In this document: in pieces, positions 54,409-64,000 of the stretch
Numbering within the stretch: the stretch's first letter is position 1
Layout: each line of letters opens with the position of its first letter
Assembly: GCA_964016885.1 (NCBI GenBank)
Contig: OZ024743.1
Span: 251,658,001 to 251,722,000 of the forward strand
Direction of reading: 5' to 3'
Origin: Eledone cirrhosa
Lineage: Eukaryota
DNA: 64,000 nucleotides
Notes under the pieces: model-generated
Database searches by the model: none
Seen by the model: the letters and a program-made list of their open reading frames with translations, nothing else
Told to the model about the DNA's origin: nothing
Position numbers and translations under genes: made by a program

Positions 54409-57400
54409 AGATAAGTTCTCCTTCATGTTTATTTCACTTTCGCCAATCCACCACTGCTTCAATTATCTCTATGATGTACTCATGTAAACCGTAAAGTACA
54501 AATTATTCTCTCCTTTCCACGCTCAATTTCGTACATAGTCCAAACAAACATCCAATCTCGCAAAATCCGAAATCTGTATTTTTTGTTATCTATTTAAGGT
54601 TTAAATACGGTGTTTTTGTCGTATTGAACAGAACAAATCTTGCAGTTTTGCTTTTTGTTAAATCGCTTGTTAAACATTCATAACCTTCTATCTTAATTCT
54701 ATCGTATTCGTCCAATTCCTTAATTCTATCGTATTCTCAAACAAAAAACAAAATCCTTTCCCATTCTACTTATAAATTACTTTAAATATATATAGTATGC
54801 TACTTGAAAGTCAAAAATCCGCTCCACCCCTTCACCCTCCTTGCTACCCCACGAGGGGCTGCGGTCAGCCACAATATCTCTCCCCCTTCGCCCCCCCCCC
54901 TCTCTTTCTTCCCCTCTATCTCTCTCTTAGCTACACACAGACACACACACATATATATATAAGATAAGTTCTCCTTCATGTTTATTTCACTTTCGCCAAT
55001 CCACCACTGCTTCAATTATCTCTATGATGTACTCATGTAAACCGAAAAGTACAAATTATTCTCTCCTTTCCACGCTCAATTTCGTACATAGTCCAAACAA
55101 ACATCCAATCTCGCAAAATCCGAAATCTGTATTTTTTGTTATCTATTTAAGGTTTAAATACGGTGTTTTTGTCGTATTGAACAGAACAAATCTTGCAGTT
55201 TTGCTTTTTGTTAAATCGCTTGTTAAACATTCATAACCTTCTATCTTAATTCTATCGTATTCGTCCAATTCCTTAATTCTATCGTATTCTCAAACAAAAA
55301 ACAAAATCCTTTCCCATTCTACTTATAAATTACTTTAAATATATATAGTATGCTACTTGAAAGTCAAAAATCCGCTCCACCCCTTCACCCTCCTTGCTAC
55401 CCCACGAGGGGCTGCGGTCAGCCACAATATCTCTCCCCCTTCGCCCCCCCCTCTCTTTCTTCCCCTCTATCTCTCTCTTAGCTACACACACACACACACA
55501 CATATATATATAAGATAAGTTCTCCTTCATGTTTATTTCACTTTCGCCAATCCACCACTGCTTCAATTATCTCTATGATGTACTCATGTAAACCGTAAAG
55601 TACAAATTATTCTCTCCTTTCCACGCTCAATTTCGTACATAGTCCAAACAAACATCCAATCTCGCAAAATCCGAAATCTGTATTTTTTGTTATCTATTTA
55701 AGGTTTAAATACGGTGTTTTTGTCGTATTGAACAGAACAAATCTTGCAGTTTTGCTTTTTGTTAAATCGCTTGTTAAACATTCATAACCTTCTATCTTAA
55801 TTCTATCGTATTCGTCCAATTCCTTAATTCTATCGTATTCTCAAACAAAAAACAAAATCCTTTCCCATTCTACTTATAAATTACTTTAAATATATATAGT
55901 ATGCTACTTGAAAGTCAAAAATCCGCTCCACCCCTTCACCCTCCTTGCTACCCCACGAGGGGCTGCGGTCAGCCACAATATCTCTCCCCCTTCGCCCCCC
56001 CCTCTCTTTCTTCCCCTCTATCTCTCTCTTAGCTACACACACACACACACACATATATATATAAGATAAGTTCTCCTTCATGTTTATTTCACTTTCGCCA
56101 ATCCACCACTGCTTCAATTATCTCTATGATGTACTCATGTAAACCGTAAAGTACAAATTATTCTCTCCTTTCCACGCTCAATTTCGTACATAGTCCAAAC
56201 AAACATCCAATCTCGCAAAATCCGAAATCTGTATTTTTTGTTATCTATTTAAGGTTTAAATACGGTGTTTTTGTCGTATTGAACAGAACAAATCTTGCAG
56301 TTTTGCTTTTTGTTAAATCGCTTGTTAAACATTCATAACCTTCTATCTTAATTCTATCGTATTCGTCCAATTCCTTAATTCTATCGTATTCTCAAACAAA
56401 AAACAAAATCCTTTCCCATTCTACTTATAAATTACTTTAAATATATATAGTATGCTACTTGAAAGTCAAAAATCCGCTCCACCCCTTCACCCTCCTTGCT
56501 ACCCCACGAGGGGCTGCGGTCAGCCACAATATCTCTCCCCCTTCGCCCCCCCCCCTCTCTTTCTTCCCCTCTATCTCTCTCTTAGCTACACACACACACA
56601 CATATATATATAAGATAAGTTCTCCTTCATGTTTATTTCACTTTCGCCAATCCACCACTGCTTCAATTATCTCTATGATGTACTCATGTAAACCGAAAAG
56701 TACAAATTATTCTCTCCTTTCCACGCTCAATTTCGTACATAGTCCAAACAAACATCCAATCTCGCAAAATCCGAAATCTGTATTTTTTGTTATCTATTTA
56801 AGGTTTAAATACGGTGTTTTTGTCGTATTGAACAGAACAAATCTTGCAGTTTTGCTTTTTGTTAAATCGCTTGTTAAACATTCATAACCTTCTATCTTAA
56901 TTCTATCGTATTCGTCCAATTCCTTAATTCTATCGTATTCTCAAACAAAAAACAAAATCCTTTCCCATTCTACTTATAAATTACTTTAAATATATATAGT
57001 ATGCTACTTGAAAGTCAAAAATCCGCTCCACCCCTTCACCCTCCTTGCTACCCCACGAGGGGCTGCGGTCAGCCACAATATCTCTCCCCCTTTCGCCCCC
57101 CCCCCTCTCTTTCTTCCCCTCTATCTCTCTCTTAGCTACACACACACACACACACATATATATATAAGATAAGTTCTCCTTCATGTTTATTTCACTTTCG
57201 CCAATCCACCACTGCTTCAATTATCTCTATGATGTACTCATGTAAACCGTAAAGTACAAATTATTCTCTCCTTTCCACGCTCAATTTCGTACATAGTCCA
57301 AACAAACATCCAATCTCGCAAAATCCGAAATCTGTATTTTTTGTTATCTATTTAAGGTTTAAATACGGTGTTTTTGTCGTATTGAACAGAACAAATCTTG

Positions 57401-60400
57401 CAGTTTTGCTTTTTGTTAAATCGCTTGTTAAACATTCATAACCTTCTATCTTAATTCTATCGTATTCGTCCAATTCCTTAATTCTATCGTATTCTCAAAC
57501 AAAAAACAAAATCCTTTCCCATTCTACTTATAAATTACTTTAAATATATATAGTATGCTACTTGAAAGTCAAAAATCCGCTCCACCCCTTCACCCTCCTT
57601 GCTACCCCACGAGGGGCTGCGGTCAGCCACAATATCTCTCCCCCTTCGCCCCCCCCTCTCTTTCTTCCCCTCTATCTCTCTCTTAGCTACACACACACAC
57701 ACACACATATATATATAAGATAAGTTCTCCTTCATGTTTATTTCACTTTCGCCAATCCACAACTGCTTCAATTATCTCTATGATGTACTCATGTAAACCG
57801 TAAAGTACAAATTATTCTCTCCTTTCCACGCTCAATTTCGTACATAGTCCAAACAAACATCCAATCTCGCAAAATCCGAAATCTGTATTTTTTGTTATCT
57901 ATTTAAGGTTTAAATACGGTGTTTTTGTCGTATTGAACAGAACAAATCTTGCAGTTTTGCTTTTTGTTAAATCGCTTGTTAAACATTCATAACCTTCTAT
58001 CTTAATTCTATCGTATTCGTCCAATTCCTTAATTCTATCGTATTCTCAAACAAAAAACAAAATCCTTTCCCATTCTACTTATAAATTACTTTAAATATAT
58101 ATAGTATGCTACTTGAAAGTCAAAAATCCGCTCCACCCCTTCACCCTCCTTGCTACCCCACGAGGGGCTGCGGTCAGCCACAATATCTCTCCCCCCTTCG
58201 CCCCCCCCCTCTCTTTCTTCCCCTCTATCTCTCTCTTAGCTACACACACACACACACACATATATATATAAGATAAGTTCTCCTTCATGTTTATTTCACT
58301 TTCGCCAATCCACCACTGCTTCAATTATCTCTATGATGTACTCATGTAAACCGTAAAGTACAAATTATTCTCTCCTTTCCACGCTCAATTTCGTACATAG
58401 TCCAAACAAACATCCAATCTCGCAAAATCCGAAATCTGTATTTTTTGTTATCTATTTAAGGTTTAAATACGGTGTTTTTGTCGTATTGAACAGAACAAAT
58501 CTTGCAGTTTTGCTTTTTGTTAAATCGCTTGTTAAACATTCATAACCTTCTATCTTAATTCTATCGTATTCGTCCAATTCCTTAATTCTATCGTATTCTC
58601 AAACAAAAAACAAAACCCTTTCCCATTCTACTTATAAATTACTTTAAATATATATAGTATGCTTCTTGAAAGTCAAAAATCCGCTCCACCCCTTCACCCT
58701 CCTTGCTACCCCACGAGGGGCTGCGGTCAGCCACAATATCTCTCCCCCTTCGCCCCCCCCTCTCTTTCTTCCCCTCTATCTCTCTCTTAGCTACACACAC
58801 ACACACATATATATATAAGATAAGTTCTCCTTCATGTTTATTTCACTTTCGCCAATCCACCACTGCTTCAATTATCTCTATGATGTACTCATGTAAACCG
58901 TAAAGTACAAATTATTCTCTCCTTTCCACGCTCAATTTCGTACATAGTCCAAACAAACATCCAATCTCGCAAAATCCGAAATCTGTATTTTTTGTTATCT
59001 ATTTAAGGTTTAAATACGGTGTTTTTGTCGTATTGAACAGAACAAATCTTGCAGTTTTGCTTTTTGTTAAATCGCTTGTTAAACATTCATAACCTTCTAT
59101 CTTAATTCTATCGTATTCGTCCAATTCCTTAATTCTATCGTATTCTCAAACAAAAAACAAAATCCTTTCCCATTCTACTTATAATTACTTTAAATATATA
59201 TAGTATGCTTCTTGAAAGTCAAAAATCCGCTCCACCCCTTCACCCTCCTTGCTACCCCACGAGGGGCTGCGGTCAGCCACAATATCTCTCCCCCTTCGCC
59301 CCCCCCCTCTCTTTCTCCCCTCTATCTCTCTCTTAGCTACACACACACACACACACATATATATATAAGATAATTTCTCCTTCATGTTTATTTCACTTTC
59401 GCCAATCCACCACTGCTTCAATTATCTCTATGATGTACTCATGTAAACCGTAAAGTACAAATTATTCTCTCCTTTCCACGCTCAATTTCGTACATAGTCC
59501 AAACAAACATCCAATCTCGCAAAATCCGAAATCTGTATTTTTTGTTATCTATTTAAGTTTAAATACGGTGTTTTTGTCGTATTGAACAGAACAAATCTTG
59601 CAGTTTTGCTTTTTGTTAAATCGCTTGTTAAACATTCATAACCTTCTATCTTAATTCTATCGTATTCGTCCAATTCCTTAATTCTATCGTATTCTCAAAC
59701 AAAAAACAAAATCCTTTCCCATTCTACTTATAAATTACTTTAAATATATATAGTATGCTTCTTGAAAGTCAAAAATCCGCTCCACCCCTTCACCCTCTGC
59801 TACCCCCCACGAGGGGCTGCGGTTCAGCCACAATATCTCTCCCCTTCGCCCCCCCCTCTCTTTCTTCCCCTCTATCTCTCTCTTAGCTACACACCACACA
59901 CACACACATAAATATATAAGATAAGTTCTCCTTCATGTTTATTTCACTTTCGCCAATCCACCACTGCTTCAATTATCTCTATGATGTACTCATGTAAACC
60001 GTAAAGTACAAATTATTCTCTCCTTTCCACGCTCAATTTCGTACATAGTCCAAACAAACATCCAATCTCGCAAAATCCGAAATCTGTATTTTTTGTTATC
60101 TATTTAAGGTTTAAATACGGTGTTTTTGTCGTATTGAACAGAACAAATCTTGCAGTTTTGCTTTTTGTTAAATCGCTTGTTAAACATTCATAACCTTCTA
60201 TCTTAATTCTATCGTATTCGTCCAATTCCTTAATTCTATCGTATTCTCAAACAAAAAACAAAATCCTTTCCCATTCTACTTAGAAATTACTTTAAATATA
60301 TATAGTATGCTACTTGAAAGTCAAAAATCCGCTCCACCCCTTCACCCTCCTTGCTACCCCACGAGGGGCTGCGGTCAGCCACAATATCTCTCCCCCTTCG

Positions 60401-60993
60401 CCCCCCCCCCTCTCTTTCTTCCCCTCTATCTCTCTCTTAGCTACACACACACACACACACATATATATATAAGATAAGTTCTCCTTCATGTTTATTTCAC
60501 TTTCGCCAATCCACCACTGCTTCAATTATCTCTATGATGTACTCATGTAAACCGTAAAGTACAAATTATTCTCTCCTTTCCACGCTCAATTTCGTACATA
60601 GTCCAAACAAACATCCAATCTCGCAAAATCCGAAATCTGTATTTTTTGTTATCTATTTAAGGTTTAAATACGGTGTTTTTGTCGTATTGAACAGAACAAA
60701 TCTTGCAGTTTTGCTTTTTGTTAAATCGCTTGTTAAACATTCATAACCTTCTATCTTAATTCTATCGTATTCGTCCAATTCCTTAATTCTATCGTATTCT
60801 CAAACAAAAAACAAAATCCTTTCCCATTCTACTTATAAATTACTTTAAATATATATAGTATGCTACTTGAAAGTCAAAAATCCGCTCCACCCCTTCACCC
60901 TCCTTGCTACCCCACGAGGGGCTGCGGTCAGCCACAATATCTCTCCCCCTTCGCCCCCCCCTCTCTTTCTTCCCCTCTATCTCTCTCTTAGCT

Positions 60994-61024
<31 letters not shown>

Positions 61025-64000
61025 AGATAAGTTCTCCTTCATGTTTATTTCACTTTCGCCAATCCACCACTGCTTCAATTATCTCTATGATGTACTCATG
61101 TAAACCGTAAAGTACAAATTATTCTCTCCTTTCCACGCTCAATTTCGTACATAGTCCAAACAAACATCCAATCTCGCAAAATCCGAAATCTGTATTTTTT
61201 GTTATCTATTTAAGGTTTAAATACGGTGTTTTTGTCGTATTGAACAGAACAAATCTTGCAGTTTTGCTTTTTGTTAAATCGCTTGTTAAACATTCATAAC
61301 CTTCTATCTTAATTCTATCGTATTCGTCCAATTCCTTAATTCTATCGTATTCTCAAACAAAAAACAAAATCCTTTCCCATTCTACTTATAAATTACTTTA
61401 AATATATATAGTATGCTACTTGAAAGTCAAAAATCCGCTCCACCCCTTCACCCTCCTTGCTACCCCACGAGGGGCTGCGGTCAGCCACAATATCTCTCCC
61501 CCTTCGCCCCCCCCTCTCTTTCTTCCCCTCTATCTCTCTCTTAGCTACACACACACACACACACATATATATATAAGATAAGTTCTCCTTCATGTTTATT
61601 TCACTTTCGCCAATCCACCACTGCTTCAATTATCTCTATGATGTACTCATGTAAACCGTAAAGTACAAATTATTCTCTCCTTTCCACGCTCAATTTCGTA
61701 CATAGTCCAAACAAACATCCAATCTCGCAAAATCCGAAATCTGTATTTTTTGTTATCTATTTAAGGTTTAAATACGGTGTTTTTGTCGTATTGAACAGAA
61801 CAAATCTTGCAGTTTTGCTTTTTGTTAAATCGCTTGTTAAACATTCATAACCTTCTATCTTAATTCTATCGTATTCGTCCAATTCCTTAATTCTATCGTA
61901 TTCTCAAACAAAAAACAAAATCCTTTCCCATTCTACTTATAAATTACTTTAAATATATATAGTATGCTACTTGAAAGTCAAAAATCCGCTCCACCCCTTC
62001 ACCCTCCTTGCTACCCCACGAGGGGCTGCGGTCAGCCACAATATCTCTCCCCCTTCGCCCCCCCCCTCTCTTTCTTCCCCTCTATCTCTCTCTTAGCTAC
62101 ACACACACACACACACATATATATATAAGATAAGTTCTCCTTCATGTTTATTTCACTTTCGCCAATCCACCACTGCTTCAATTATCTCTATGATGTACTC
62201 ATGTAAACCGTAAAGTACAAATTATTCTCTCCTTTCCACGCTCAATTTCGTACATAGTCCAAACAAACATCCAATCTCGCAAAATCCGAAATCTGTATTT
62301 TTTGTTATCTATTTAAGGTTTAAATACGGTGTTTTTGTCGTATTGAACAGAACAAATCTTGCAGTTTTGCTTTTTGTTAAATCGCTTGTTAAACATTCAT
62401 AACCTTCTATCTTAATTCTATCGTATTCGTCCAATTCCTTAATTCTATCGTATTCTCAAACAAAAAACAAAATCCTTTCCCATTCTACTTATAAATTACT
62501 TTAAATATATATAGTATGCTACTTGAAAGTCAAAAATCCGCTCCACCCCTTCACCCTCCTTGCTACCCCACGAGGGGCTGCGGTCAGCCACAATATCTCT
62601 CCCCCTTCGCCCCCCCCCTCTCTTTCTTCCCCTCTATCTCTCTCTTAGCTACACACACACACACACACATATATATATAAGATAAGTTCTCCTTCATGTT
62701 TATTTCACTTTCGCCAATCCACCACTGCTTCAATTATCTCTATGATGTACTCATGTAAACCGTAAAGTACAAATTATTCTCTCCTTTCCACGCTCAATTT
62801 CGTACATAGTCCAAACAAACATCCAATCTCGCAAAATCCGAAATCTGTATTTTTTGTTATCTATTTAAGGTTTAAATACGGTGTTTTTGTCGTATTGAAC
62901 AGAACAAATCTTGCAGTTTTGCTTTTTGTTAAATCGCTTGTTAAACATTCATAACCTTCTATCTTAATTCTATCGTATTCGTCCAATTCCTTAATTCTAT
63001 CGTATTCTCAAACAAAAAACAAAATCCTTTCCCATTCTACTTATAAATTACTTTAAATATATATAGTATGCTACTTGAAAGTCAAAAATCCGCTCCACCC
63101 CTTCACCCTCCTTGCTACCCCACGAGGGGCTGCGGTCAGCCACAATATCTCTCCCCCTTCGCCCCCCCCTCTCTTTCTTCCCCTCTATCTCTCTCTTAGC
63201 TACACACACACACACACACATATATATATAAGATAAGTTCTCCTTCATGTTTATTTCACTTTCGCCAATCCACCACTGCTTCAATTATCTCTATGATGTA
63301 CTCATGTAAACCGTAAAGTACAAATTATTCTCTCCTTTCCACGCTCAATTTCGTACATAGTCCAAACAAACATCCAATCTCGCAAAATCCGAAATCTGTA
63401 TTTTTTGTTATCTATTTAAGGTTTAAATACGGTGTTTTTGTCGTATTGAACAGAACAAATCTTGCAGTTTTGCTTTTTGTTAAATCGCTTGTTAAACATT
63501 CATAACCTTCTATCTTAATTCTATCGTATTCGTCCAATTCCTTAATTCTATCGTATTCTCAAACAAAAAACAAAATCCTTTCCCATTCTACTTATAAATT
63601 ACTTTAAATATATATAGTATGCTACTTGAAAGTCAAAAATCCGCTCCACCCCTTCACCCTCCTTGCTACCCCACGAGGGGCTGCGGTCAGCCACAATATC
63701 TCTCCCCCTTCGCCCCCCCCCCTCTCTTTCTTCCCCTCTATCTCTCTCTTAGCTACACACACACACACACACATATATATATAAGATAAGTTCTCCTTCA
63801 TGTTTATTTCACTTTCGCCAATCCACCACTGCTTCAATTATCTCTATGATGTACTCATGTAAACCGTAAAGTACAAATTATTCTCTCCTTTCCACGCTCA
63901 ATTTCGTACATAGTCCAAACAAACATCCAATCTCGCAAAATCCGAAATCTGTATTTTTTGTTATCTATTTAAGGTTTAAATACGGTGTTTTTGTCGTATT
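37375..64000 (+). repeat. Homogeneous ~552-bp tandem satellite, ~48 monomers, continuing past the window
   Basis: TCCTTTCCACGCTCAATTTCGTACATAG recurs every ~549-557 bp. Variation is almost confined to poly-C and (CA)n(TA)n lengths and a few SNPs. Confidence 0.98.

Noticed and set aside
37641-63837. Repeated 70-80 aa ORFs (MKQWWIGES..., MMYSCKPKS...) as a tandem gene family
   Set aside because: Frames vary with poly-C and (CA)n length, and the T variant creates a stop. No coding constraint is visible.
37375-64000. Array as CRISPR, 5S rDNA, or U snRNA/SL RNA cluster
   Set aside because: No unique spacers and no recognisable 5S/U1/U2/U5/U6 sequence. A minus-strand GATTTTTGA Sm-like site lacks a convincing flanking stem-loop. 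An Rfam scan would be decisive.

Overview
Eukaryotic, very AT-rich, repeat-dominated DNA. The (TA)n/(CA)n/(CAT)n density and the SINE/LINE types suggest a cephalopod or other mollusc genome, possibly Octopus (inference). No host protein-coding gene can be supported, and most ORFs in the track are microsatellite or satellite artefacts. Bases 1-37.3 kb are a nest of retroelements, mostly inserted in (TA)n. They include four Penelope-like elements (PLEs; RT + GIY-YIG), one near-intact with an inverted pseudo-LTR, and at least five hammerhead ribozymes, one type with an unusually long stem II. There is also a near full-length RTE-clade LINE (APE-RT with a Cys/His insertion), several RTE fragments, two tRNA-derived SINE families, fold-back elements and a hAT-like transposase remnant. 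Bases 37.4-64 kb are a highly homogeneous ~552-bp tandem array of about 48 copies that runs off the window end. Main finding: about half of each monomer is homologous to the extreme 5' end of the RTE LINE 14 kb upstream (~160 bp near-identical plus ~90 bp diverged). The array begins at a double (TA)n-centred fold-back junction.
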